From assembly GCA_040954595.2 (NCBI GenBank), contig CM082589.2, positions 9,746,894-9,810,893 on the forward strand: DNA of 64,000 bases. Reading direction: 5' to 3'. Position 1 is the first letter of the stretch; each line of letters opens with the position of its first letter. The stretch is from Balanoglossus misakiensis (taxonomy: Eukaryota > Animalia > Hemichordata). The translations under genes were made by a program, and so were the position numbers. The notes under the pieces were generated by a model that was not told the DNA's origin, searched no databases, and saw nothing but the letters and a program-made list of their open reading frames with translations. Positions 1-10,803 of the stretch are shown here, in pieces.

Positions 1-555
1 AATCTGTATATACACCCACTCTTTGATGAACTTGAGGATGTGACAACAAGGGCCATATTTCGAAACGACAAGCTGTCAAAGGACAAGATTCGTTGGCGTG
101 ACGTCGCCGTATTTCCCATGTTTCAGCGTGATATGACCTACTGGCAGAAGACCTTCTACGCTCGGCTGTCAACATCCCCGTCGTTAAGGTCACCATGGCA
201 AAGCAGCTTTACACGACAAATGCCGAGGGAAGTATTTGATGTTTTGCATCAGTTTGCTACTCGGACCGGTTTTGGTATCGACGAGAAGACCTCCAGGGCT
301 ATCATAACCTTGACCTTCACAAGTTCCTTGAAGCTATTGTATGTGATACGGAAAGGTTATTGCTACGAGGGCGCTATCGGTCAGCATACAGAGAATATCC
401 TAGAGAAGAAAGTCCGTGGAAAGAGGGTAGCTGTTATATTCACACCTGAGAAGCCCTGTGTTGTGAAATATTTTATCAACAGGGAGACTGTTGCTGTTAG
501 ATTCAGCTTTGGTGCCTGGAACAAACATGGAATTCCATTACATCCAGAGAACTGA
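1..555 (+). CDS. 3' part (last exon) of uncharacterised partner gene, >=184 aa, ending ...RFSFGAWNKHGIPLHPEN
   Basis: Frame 1 is open from base 1 to the stop at 553-555, with protein-like composition. AATAAA at 684-689. Convergent with the transposase gene. 5' end is outside the window. Confidence 0.7.
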   Translation, partial: NLYIHPLFDELEDVTTRAIFRNDKLSKDKIRWRDVAVFPMFQRDMTYWQKTFYARLSTSPSLRSPWQSSFTRQMPREVFDVLHQFATRTGFGIDEKTSRAIITLTFTSSLKLLYVIRKGYCYEGAIGQHTENILEKKVRGKRVAVIFTPEKPCVVKYFINRETVAVRFSFGAWNKHGIPLHPEN

Positions 556-1407
556 ACCCTATTGATTTTTCACACTGATTCAACCCATCTGAGGAACATT
601 TTTTTCCTGATCTGTGGCACATGTTGTTCAGTGTAGATGTATCAGTCTGTCAAGACAGTCCTCTCACAATTGACATATATTCAAATAAAAAAAGGAAAAT
701 TAGAAGACTCAAAAATTCATCACTTGTCTTTATTTATCTACATTCAATACAAATGAACAGATAATGTTTACAAAATTTCCTAAACTGTAAAATTCTTTTT
801 TTCCATCATTATTGTAACATAGATTTTTCATTAGTTTCAGAAAAAAATGTATGTTACCTACAATCAACATTGATAAGTCAATCAAAACTGCTCATCTAAC
901 AGTTAACCAGGATTTCTGGTCTAAATTTAATTAATATTTACAATTAATTCCATGACAAAATTTATAAATATCAAGAATTTGATGAGACTTAATTCTTTAT
1001 TTTTTCACAAATTCATTAAAATTTCGTGCAGGTGCAGAATAAACAACTCCTCAAGAAAAATGTAAAACTTTTCTATCAAGCTTATGTATGTCATACATTT
1101 TAATTTTGCAAAGCACTGCAATCACTATACGATTAAGGGTTTATTCACAATACTTAATAGTGGTAAGATAAGTTTCAATTTCCCTGTCCCCATACATGCA
1201 CACATATACAAAATCCCATAAGAAACATATCATCTCCAGTTCAAAAAGTGTGAATTCATGTGATTTGTGATCTCCATTTTTATTAAATGCAGCTCTCAAC
1301 TACAGATGAGTCTTTATAATTCTGTAATGTAATTAATACTATAGTTATCCTTTAATTCTAAAGTAGCACACAGTGACACAATCCACTGTTTCAAATTCAA
1401 TCATTGT

Positions 1408-4387
1408 TCACAGCATAAGTTTCTTGAGTTTATTTGATATTTTACCAGTGACAGCTGCTTTTTTTATGTCATCCATAATTGGGTCAACACATATTTCACA
1501 GGCAGTCATTGTTTCATTTTTTTAAATTGCCACACATACAGTAGCCTGCATTCTCATAATATCGACTGGGAATGTATTTTTCTTTTTCTTTAAGCTCAAA
1601 TTGACCTACATTTGCATTTCTATAGTTGTCAGCTTTTGGACTTTTGTTCCTCAGCCAAAAAAGCATCACATATTCGTGTCGAAATATGAGGGCCCACCTA
1701 TTTTGAGGTGTAGAATTTTCACTGAATTCTAGCAGGCGTAGATGCTTTGCCTCTCTGCCTTCCATTGTGTTTAGGCCTAATCCCAGACTGAATTGCTTAT
1801 AGATACTAGTGGTGTGTTTTGGGACTACATAACCAATGTGCCACACAGTATTATTGACATTCAGAAACAGGGAATGTAGATTAAAGTACCACCGACACTT
1901 ATGCCTAAGTACAAGCAAATCTCCCTCATTTATGTTGAATCGTGAGAATAACAAAGTGATATCTCTAAGCAAGATACCAGTATATGTGTAGAGAGCTAAT
2001 TGAGCCCGACGCTTTGGTCTGTCTGTATCGCTTCTCAATGCTAATACCAATCCTATGAAATGCCAAGCAAGTTTGCGAGACTCCTCACCAGTGAAGCGAT
2101 AAACCACATTAATGTTGGCATTTGACTTGACACTATTTTCATTGAAGTATTTTACAATCTTATTATACAACTTTCCAGCTTTTACTTGATATTTTAGGGC
2201 AGACAGGAATTTGTACAGATATGACTCGTTAGGTAGATTCTCAATTTTAACTCCATTTTCACGACCCTTTTCCGAAGTGTGGGCAACTGCGTCAATCAGT
2301 AATCGTTGGAAGTAGTATTGCCATGCATTGTTCTTTAAATGCAATGGCTCAGCCTTGGCACAATCAATAAATCTACCCAACGGTGGTACAAATTCCTGTC
2401 TTGACCTCAGACTGGCTATAAATTGTGTGATTTTGGGTCGCACTGTTTTGGGCTTTCCAGTTTTAATTTTCTTAGTTGACTTCAACTTTTCAACAGCTTC
2501 TGCATCTTTAATTCTTTTCTGATATTTCCATTCATCCCACTTCTGACCTGGGCCAATTTCTGCTCCAATACAATCAATATCATTTTTGGAACGTTAGCAA
2601 ATGAGCTGAAATACTTTGCTGCATTGCTTAGTTCTCCAGACACACTGGCCAATCCCTTCTGATCAAAGGGTAAAAGTGACACCTGAAAAGTTACATCAAG
2701 ACTGCCAACTTTATATTTACGTTTCTCAATACACTCAAGGTCTTTTGACAATGCAATTGCAAATTCAATCATTATGGGGTCATCCTCTTTTATGTTTGCC
2801 CCTAATAGGAGAAAATTGTGGTCTGGGCTAGCAACACGGTGGGTCACATTCAAGAAACTAACTAGCCATGCAGTGGCCTGTCCATGTTTGCCAAACGGAG
2901 CCCCGTCAGCACCTATACTGATTTGAAATGAGCCCTCCTGTTTACCGAACCAGTTAAGAATATCAGGCTGTGTTTCCCCCATATTTAAATATAAACTGGC
3001 AATCTTAATAAGCAACTCCTCAGGGTTTCTTTTTAAGCCGACTTGTTTGCCTTCAGATGATATAATTGGCTCAAGATTTCCAATGTCAAGGTTACTTACA
3101 TACTGTACAACTTTTGTGTATGGGAGCAGTCTTGGTATTCTACAGCCAGAATGAATTTCTAATGCTTTCCTAGGATGTTTCAAGTTGGAGAACATCTGAA
3201 GTTCACTCTGCCTCAGACAGTTATATTTTCGTTTGGATAGCACTCCGCCCTCATACATAGTTCTGACACTCCTCACCAAATTGTTCTCACTTTTCTCAAA
3301 TTTACTGATGTATTTATCAAATACTGATGGCATTACTTTTTTACTGATTTGGGGAGAGGTTCTGAAGAATGTTTTCATTTGGTCAGGAGTGGCAGAATTA
3401 ACAAGAGTATACCACAAACCATCAAGTGCTGCTTTTGGTGGATGTAGTACATTCGGTTTATTTATACCTTTGGCTGGGCTTACATCTGTAGTTGCTACAT
3501 GAATATTTATGGCTGCTGATAAGGTTTCACACCTACGTTCATACTGTTGACGTCGCGACAGCTTCAAAGATTCACTATTATCTGCACATACTTCAGTGTT
3601 CTTGTGGACCCATTTAGAGCGTTTCACATTAACAACATCAACAGGAATCTGAAAGATTAAGTGTGTGATAAATATATACTAATTAGAATATAATCATTAT
3701 ATATAAAATAAAATCTTCTTACAAGTTAATCATTAATTTAAATGTCCTTGATAAGAAATACACACGTGTAGCCTGTATTTTTCTGACAACTTCTGCAATA
3801 AAAATCCTAAAAAATATACATAGTTTGTTGGAAAACCTAGATGTTTTGCATCAAAGCTGAACCCATTTTGTTATCATTGTTTACACAGGATCATGTGACA
3901 TGAAGTTCAAAAAGCGAATTTGGGCTAAAATTTGAAGAGGATTTATACAAATCTGAGATTTTTAAAATTATGACTAAGTCTATTTATCTGATCTAGCTTA
4001 CCTTTCTCTTATTATTCTTTGTAGCTAAGATCTCACAAATCTTACTGTTCTTCTTCTCTAGTCTAGCTAGCTGGGTTGAGGATTTTTTACTAGTCTCCTA
4101 GCTGCACTCAACTTATTCAACTTATCCTGAATTATGCTTTCTTCCTCATCTCTCTTTCTCTTTCTCTGTCTACACCACTCTCCTAAGTTAAACCTGTGTT
4201 TAGTCTGTCCTCTCTTTGTTCTAACTACCAATAGGTTGTTGGCCACGCTCCCAGACAAAGATCTAGTCTTCAATTTCTCCTGATATAGTTGTTGTAAACA
4301 CTTCTCTTCAGCTACCTGTCTCGCTATCTTTTGGTCCTTTGCCCACTGGCCTATGTTGAAGTAACTTTTCCCTTTTCTATTCGGCAT
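1408..4387 (-). pseudogene. RAG1/Transib-like DDE transposase, 2 coding exons (4387-4002, 3648-1408), ~875 aa after repairing three single-base homopolymer frameshifts
   Basis: Co-linear motifs GADGAP (D at 2907-2905), LPFDQK (D at 2664-2662), AEPLH, YRFTGEESRKL, WHIGYVVPKH and GLNTMEGRE (E at 1753-1751). They parallel RAG1 SCDG, GYDEK, IDALH, MRMNGNFARKL, YFHKTLAH and ASEGNE. Phase-0 intron AAG|gtaagc (4001) to tttcag|ATT (3649). Frameshifts lie in A-runs at ~4085, ~2585 and ~1520. Confidence 0.8.
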
Positions 4388-5293
4388 AACAATAGACAAA
4401 CTTTTAAGAAGTGCGCTACTCCTGTTGAATAGTTTGCCCCACATGGCTCTAAATCTATACCTGAAAAGGGTGAACAAGAGAAATATCTTTACAATAATTA
4501 TCTATCCGAGGGAAGCAAAAACAAAACACCTGCTCATTATACTTCCTCCAGAAATTGAGGTCAAAGGTGACATAGAAAGAATGTGGGTAACCTTACCATA
4601 ACAATCTCGCCCATTCATTTTTTTCTTATTTCGTTTTCACCCTCGAATTTCCAGCGAATTATATCAAGAATATATTTTAGCACAAACTATTGGTTTCTGA
4701 TTTTTCAGTTACGGTCTTATTTTCTGTCAATTCTATGAACAATATCACCATGTCGCCGAAAATTCGAAGCGCCGCCATTACAATCAATGTAACCCGTGCT
4801 GCTGCCAAGGAACACACAGGGTCGTATATTTTCGCTTGGTATGATTTCGTCATATTGCTTGTAGCAGCATTTTAAACATGGAATCCTATGTTTACGTATA
4901 AAAGACTAAATTCGTATGGTTTTCAAATTGAAAAAAACAATTCTGTGAAGCTGAATCGTTGTAATTTTTAGTGTTTGTTTATGGTTGCTTAGGACGGCTT
5001 CTGCTATAGCAACAGCCAGGGACTGTCAGCGGGTGATCAAAATGTTCAAGTTATTTGGCTGATACACATAAATAACACAGCAGAATCGCAACTTTATTTC
5101 ATATTGTCTCTGACATCTTGCTAATTTTACTAAACAAAACTTGGAATAAAGCAATATTACTCACCGAATTATGCTGTGCATCGACAGCTGTGTTCGATCG
5201 CGAACGCCATTACTGTGTCTAATTAAATATTCATGAGCTTCATAGGCTGCCACGGAAATACTGCCCATAGGTGGCGTCGTTCAAGCTGTAGTG

Positions 5294-7303
5294 ACAGGTG
5301 GTGGTTCCCAGAGTGTATCGTAACCAGGTGATGAGACTAGCCCATGAATCAGTGCTGGGTGGTCACCACGGAACTCACAAGACCACAGACAAGATCCTCA
5401 GCAACTTCGTTTGGCCTGGGCTAACATCAGATGTTTCCCGTTACTGTCAGTCCTGTGATTCATGTCAACGGACACAACCAAAGGGACGGGTGACCAAGGT
5501 ACCACTTGGAAGTATGCCACTAATAGATATCCCTTTCCTACGTATTGCAGTAGACCTGGTTGGCCCTATTCATCCATGCACTGAACGCAAGAATAGGTAC
5601 ATACTTACTGTTGTTGATTATGCAACACGCTATCCGGAGGCTGTTGCATTGACTAACATTGATACCAAGACTGTTGCAGAGGCGCTCCTGGACATCTACT
5701 CAAGAGTGGGGTGTCCACGTGAAATTCTGACAGATCAAGGAACTCAATTTACATCAGATGTGATGCGTGAGGTCAGCCGGCTTTTGTCTATAAAGCAGAT
5801 GACTACCACCCCATACCACCCAGCATTCAATGGTCTAGTGGAACGGTTCAATGGTACATTGAAACTCATGCTCAGGAAGATGTGTGAGGAACGTCCAACA
5901 TATTGGGATCGTTATCTGAATGCTTTACTATTTGCCTACAGAGAAACGCCTCAATCGAGCACAGGATTCTCTCCGTTTGAGTTACTTTATGGGAGGAGTG
6001 TGCGTGGTCCAATGGCTATCTTGAAAGAACTATGGACTGGAGAGATCAGTGAACCAGAAACCAAAACGACTTATCAATACATCCTTGATCTTCAAAAGAA
6101 ATTAAAGAAGGCATGCGATTTAGCAAGACAAGAACTGAAGATATCACAAGGCAAATACAAGTCCTACTACAATAGAAAGGCCAAATGGAGGAAGTTCAAC
6201 AAAGGTGACGAGGTGTTATTGCTACTACCTACTGACCATAATAAACTACTTATGCACTGGAAGGGTCCTTTTCCAGTGGTGGAGAAAGCGAGCAATATGG
6301 ATTACAAGATTGACTTTGGTCATAGGGTGAAAACATTCCATGCCAACCTGTTGAAGAGGTACTATCGAAGAACTGATCAGCTAGATGAAGTATCAGCTGG
6401 ACTTCTTGAGATTGTGTGTGTATCTGTGATAGATGAGCAGAGTTATGAATCTTCAGAAGTACAAGAGAACACAGGGGTTAAAGTAAACGATGACTTACTG
6501 CGGGTTCCTGCATTCAAGCAGAAAGAATTTGCTGCAGATGTGAATGTATGTGACAACTTGTCAGACATACAGAAGCAAGTGGTGAGGAGGTTGCTGATCA
6601 ATTACAAAGATATGTTAACTGATATTCGTGGTAACACCAACCTGGGTTTCCATGACATCAAGTTGATGGATCCAACACCAGTATGCAGTAGGCCATACCC
6701 CATCCCTCATGCACTCCGTGAAGCAGTGAAAGATGAAGTCAAAACGATGATTAAGATGGGAGTAGCTGAACCTTCAGAGAGTCCATATGCTGTTCCACTG
6801 GTAATGGTGAAGAAATCTGATGGGTCCAATCGTTGTTGTGTTGACATGAGAAAGCTCAATCGCATAACAGTGTTTGATGCAGAGCCTACACCAGACCTGA
6901 GTGAGCTTTTTGCTTTTTGCTAAGTTATCCAAGGATCACTATTTCACTAAAGTAGATCTCAGCAAAGAATATTGGCAAGTCCCGTTGACTGATAATTCTA
7001 AACAATTGACGGCATTTATCACGCATGATGGGCTATACCAATTTATCAAAATGCCTTTCGGACTTGTAAATAGTGCTGCGACTTTTAGCAGAATTATGAG
7101 AAGATTGTTAAGAGATATGAAGAACGTAGACAACTATATCGATCACATACTGATCCACACTGCATCATGGGAAGAACATATCAAGACAATTACAGATTTG
7201 ATGAGCAGACTACGAAAGGCAAAGTTAACAGCGAGACCAACTAAGTGTTATGTGGGTTATGAGCAGATCGATTTCCTGGGTCATGTGGTTGGTCATGGTG
7301 AAC
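5294..7303 (+). pseudogene. Gypsy/Ty3 LTR retrotransposon pol fragment, Gmr1-like order (integrase then reverse transcriptase), truncated at both ends
   Basis: Integrase has HHCC (AHES..GGHHG..YCQSCDSCQ), DDE (AVDLVG, LTDQG, LVERFN) and WKGPF. RT follows: SPYAVPLVMVKK, CVDMRKLN, KVDLSKEYWQV, MPFGLVNSAATF, YIDH (for YIDD), FLGHVVG. A TTTTTGC duplication at ~6906-6920 shifts the frame. No RNase H or LTR is visible. Confidence 0.92.
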
Positions 7304-7415
7304 TAGTCCTGTTTCAAAATGACCTACATTACAGGTCCTATGCACACGTATTACATGTTCTGATTGGTTTATCCACTTCTCTAAGGTCCACTTGCGGCTC
7401 GCTGATTGGAGGGAC

Positions 7416-7660
7416 CTTATGTGTTAGGTCTTATTACTATGTATTATTCACCAGACCTTGTAGGTTAGGTCTTATTACAATGCATTATTCACTTTACAGC
7501 TCCCTGATTGGTTAATGTGTAGGTCTGGTCCTCCAGTGTTCACTGCCTCATTATGCAGGACCTTGTAGGTTAGGTCTTATTAATATGTATTTATTCACCA
7601 TACAGCTCCCTGATTGGTTAACGTGTCAGTCTGGTCCCCCCAGTGTTCACTGCCTCATTG
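7416..7660. repeat. Short tandem duplications (~38-bp and ~105-bp periods) in sequence replacing the Gypsy 3' end
   Basis: GACCTTGTAGGTTAGGTCTTATTA at 7454 and 7559 with a degenerate copy at ~7414. TACAGCTCCCTGATTGGTTAA and CAGTGTTCACTGCCTCATT each occur twice. Confidence 0.8.
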
Positions 7661-8650
7661 TGAAATGTCCCATGTGCTTCCTGGCTAGCGTTGTGGTAAC
7701 ATATTATTCGGGGTGTCCGCAGATCGTTCATTGATTTTCTGAGAAATAGCCTAACTGATACTATCTCCAACATAAACCGCACCCTGGAAAGATTAAATGA
7801 TCTTTTAGGTGGACTTTGAAAATCTGATTAACTCATCTAAGCATTTTAGCTTAGTTGTATATTTTTTAATTATAATCATACAAAATACTTAAAAAATAAA
7901 AACAATGTTCAGTTTTAATACCCACTGATGAGGGGAAACATCAGTTTCAAATTCTTTTCATGGGAGCGCTTGAGCAGAGTTATGAGTTTTGCTCTGTGAA
8001 AGAAAATGGGGGGATTTCAAAATTTTGGCAGTTCGGAAGGGGGATTTCAAAATATTTCGGGTTGTGAAAGGGGGGGGGGGGCATGTGAAAATTAGCGGTA
8101 AAAGATGAATTCCCCCCCCCCCTCCAGAGGTGTTTGTGAATGCAGCCTAAGAAAGAAAAAATGTGAAATGGGTCAAATATGGGCCGGACGTGCCCATTCA
8201 ACTCAATTTACTTTTGTTTGCTTTAAGTAGGAATTGATCACAGCTATATTTATTTTGGACACCTGAGCGACAAGAAAACAATCTGATTCTACATTTTAAA
8301 AAGCGTCATTGGAAAAGCACTGCAATTTTGTTTCTTGCTTTAAAAAAGTTTGGGGTGGCATGTAATAATTAAGGTGTGTCTAAATTACTAATTTGGTGCA
8401 CCTCAAAGCCCTTAGCCAATGTAAATTATATCCTGCATTGTATTCATGAAGGATATCCTCCCGCGAGGTCAATGCCATTCAATGTCAAACAGTCTCAACA
8501 AAGACCATTGGACACTCATAGCCGTTTTGTATGAAAGTGACTGGAGTACGAGATGAGTTTCATGACAACAACAAATCATGCTCAGTCTCGCTGCAGGGTC
8601 TATAATTTCAATAACGGCTAGACGCTGGACACTATCTTAGGTAACACTTT

Positions 8651-8706
8651 AGGGTCATAGTGCTGGAACGACATGTTTAAACAGGTCGTTCCGGCACTCT
8701 GACCCT
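8651..8706. repeat. 56-bp near-perfect palindrome, probable MITE remnant
   Basis: AGGGTCATAGTGCTGGAACGACATGTTT|AAACAGGTCGTTCCGGCACTCTGACCCT, followed by short GTCGTT..AGCCC repeats. Confidence 0.65.
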
Positions 8707-9200
8707 TTCGGCCCCAGTCGTTTCAGCCCCCATTTTCCACGACCCAAGTCGTTACAGCCCGGACAGTAACACCCCAAACATTTCAACACTTATCAGGGAA
8801 GACCTTAGCCCAACTATTAAAACTTGGCTTGAACCTACTTAAGTTCTCCGCATGAAATATGAGCGAGCGTTGTCAGAGGACGACAGCTACGCACACTTTG
8901 GGCATGACCGAATCAAACAGAATTGAATATTCTATATTCGGAAAAAACACCTTATCTCCGTTTTGCCGTTGACAAACCGATTTCTGTCATGACAGTTACT
9001 CCCGGGGACTGTGACAGACCATATACAGACAGTAGAGGCCGCGCGCTGGGGGTCTACACAAGTCACTACAGCTGATGTAAGCAAGTACAACATGCTTTGC
9101 TTGCAGGAATGTTCCATTTTCAATAGAGGGGTGTGTATATTCAGAGGGAATGTCAGTCGGGGCCCTGGCTGGCAACATGCGGCGTATATATTGACAATCT

Positions 9201-10128
9201 TAGCCGGGAGACCAGGGCGTCGATCTAAAATACAACGCTCGGGGACAGTCGAGCAAGTCCTGCTGAGCTGAAAGATAGTAGTCTTGGCAACGATCGAGGT
9301 CGCTTAGTAACAAATGGATAACGAGTGATCTATCAAATGTTGACGGGCGCCAGTGGTTGGATGATATAATTAAAGGCACGTAAGCTGTAACTGGATAAAA
9401 AATTAAAGTTTTAAATAATCTCATATATGCTTTTAATTATGTCTATTAAATGCTATTTCATGATAATATATCAAGCTCAACACTTATTTATGACAAAATG
9501 GCCAAAAATTAAAGAAAAACGAAAATTCCTGCAATTTTAAAAAAAGCGCAATATTGCAATGAAAAATGAAAATCTGATGTCTCAGTGGTGTACATTTACT
9601 TCCATGAGCTCAAGTGGATGAGATCATGTTTTGTTTATGAAGTTTCACAACCGGAAATGCAACATTTTCATTGTTTCTTGCATTTTCCCACGGTGGCGGC
9701 CATAATCGCTTGCGGCAAAGCTTTATTATTTATCTGGTTAAAACTTGCATATGCACTCATACTTAGGGTTTATAATGCTTGTGTATTGTTCACTACCTCC
9801 ATCTGCATGGACTAATGGTAGTGCAGTTTGAAACAAAAATTATGAAAATTATCCCAAAAGTTACACCTTACGTGCCTTTAACAAAGCTTGGTTATGAATA
9901 TTCATACACTTTCAAAACCACTCCCACATCCCATCGCGGGAATTTCACACATGACTCCACCTCTATTTCCTTATTTAGAAGGCGACGATGTCATGTGGTT
10001 AACATTGAGTGACCAATTAGCTTACACGCAAGATTTACCACACGTGTCGTTCTACGAACAGAATTCTGTTCGTAAATAGAGACTGTCCCCGGGCGTTTCT
10101 TTTCCCCGACGCCCTGGTCTCCAGGCTA
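9201..10128. mobile_element. Non-autonomous DNA transposon, TAG...CTA termini, 9-bp TSD (AcademH-like or MULE-like)
   Basis: TIR TAGCC[G/T]GGAGACCAGGGCGTCG matches at 21/22, with an inner IR AACGC.CGGGGACAGTC. Perfect TSD TGACAATCT at 9192-9200 and 10129-10137. Confidence 0.9.
9374..9877. mobile_element. Kolobok-like non-autonomous element nested in the 9-bp-TSD element
   Basis: TIR AGGCACGTAAG[C/G]TGTAACT matches at 18/19. TTAA on both sides (9370-9373, 9878-9881). RR..YY termini with a TTAA TSD are the Kolobok signature. Confidence 0.82.
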
Positions 10129-10439
10129 TGACAATCTCGCTGATAGGCGCAGCTGGAATTTATGTTTCTGTGGTATGATTATTGTATTTTATCAATGCAC
10201 AATCACGATGGGCGAGTTTCAAGCAAGCAATTGGATTCGCTTCAATCCCTCACTAAAATCTAGACTGCACCACTGTATAATAACACAATACAGTCTTCTA
10301 GCCTCATGGTATAAACAGGAACTCTTGTCTGCTGGACATCCGTGTACTTTGGTCTACTGAGTGAACGCGTTACGTATAGAGGTAGCGCAAAGTGAAAACC
10401 TATTTAAGGCAGCCACAACAATCAGTGTTGACGTACATA

Positions 10440-10544
10440 CAATCTGACTAAAATCGCAGTTGGTATGACGACAGCATACTAATAATACTGTACCACATAA
10501 GTAAAAGACGTCGTCGTACCATACATCTGATTTTATTCAGATTA
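10440..10544. mobile_element. Degenerate ~105-bp hairpin element related to the CAATCTGATTAAAATCAGATG family
   Basis: Starts CAATCTGACTAAAATC and ends CATCTGATTTTATTCAGATTA, with inner IR GGTATGACGAC/GTCGTCGTACC. TSD not recognisable. Confidence 0.6.
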
Positions 10545-10561
10545 CTGCATATTTGCATATA

Positions 10562-10768
10562 CTGTGAAACAAGTTATTTTCGCGAGCAATACATTTTCGC
10601 GAGATACGTGAGAGCCAAAATGGTATGAAAATAAGAGGTCGCATAATTATTTTTGAAGATAACGATGCAGTGAATGAAATAAGAGAACGCGAAAATTAAT
10701 ACTCGCGAAACAGTAGCCTCTCTCGATATCGTGAAAATTTCAACTCGCTAAAATAAAGTGTTTTACAG
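10562..10768. mobile_element. TA-flanked MITE (CTGT[G/A]AAAC termini, internal TTTTCGCG/CGCGAAAA repeats)
   Basis: ta|CTGTGAAACA...TGTTTTACAG|ta. Related copies at 56012-56184 and a partial copy from ~59380. Confidence 0.7.
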
Positions 10769-10803
10769 TAGTTTATGTATGTAAAGTGTTCCTGATGTTA
10801 ACA

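Larger units (their letters stand above)
1..5293 (-). mobile_element. CAC-terminated DNA transposon with RAG1/Transib-like transposase and convergent second gene; other end lies outside the window
   Basis: The minus strand reads 5'-CACTACAGCTTGAACGACGCC from 5293. Gypsy integrase sequence (QVVVP...) starts abruptly at 5294. The interval holds a DDE transposase gene and a tail-to-tail ORF. The second terminus and the TSD are not visible. Confidence 0.7.

Noticed and set aside
1408-4387. Calling this gene RAG1 and the partner RAG2
   Set aside because: No RING/zinc-dimerisation region or ZnC2 CxxC is present, and no kelch/PHD pattern is visible in the partner. Only distant motif-level relatedness is supported.
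7304-7340. TAG-starting element truncating the Gypsy RT
   Set aside because: No matching opposite end and no resumption of Gypsy sequence was found, so boundaries cannot be supported.
7960-8150. G-run/C-run segment ending GTTTGTGAATGCAGCC-TAA as a complete Harbinger MITE
   Set aside because: Only one end is recognisable, with no matching TIR or TSD.
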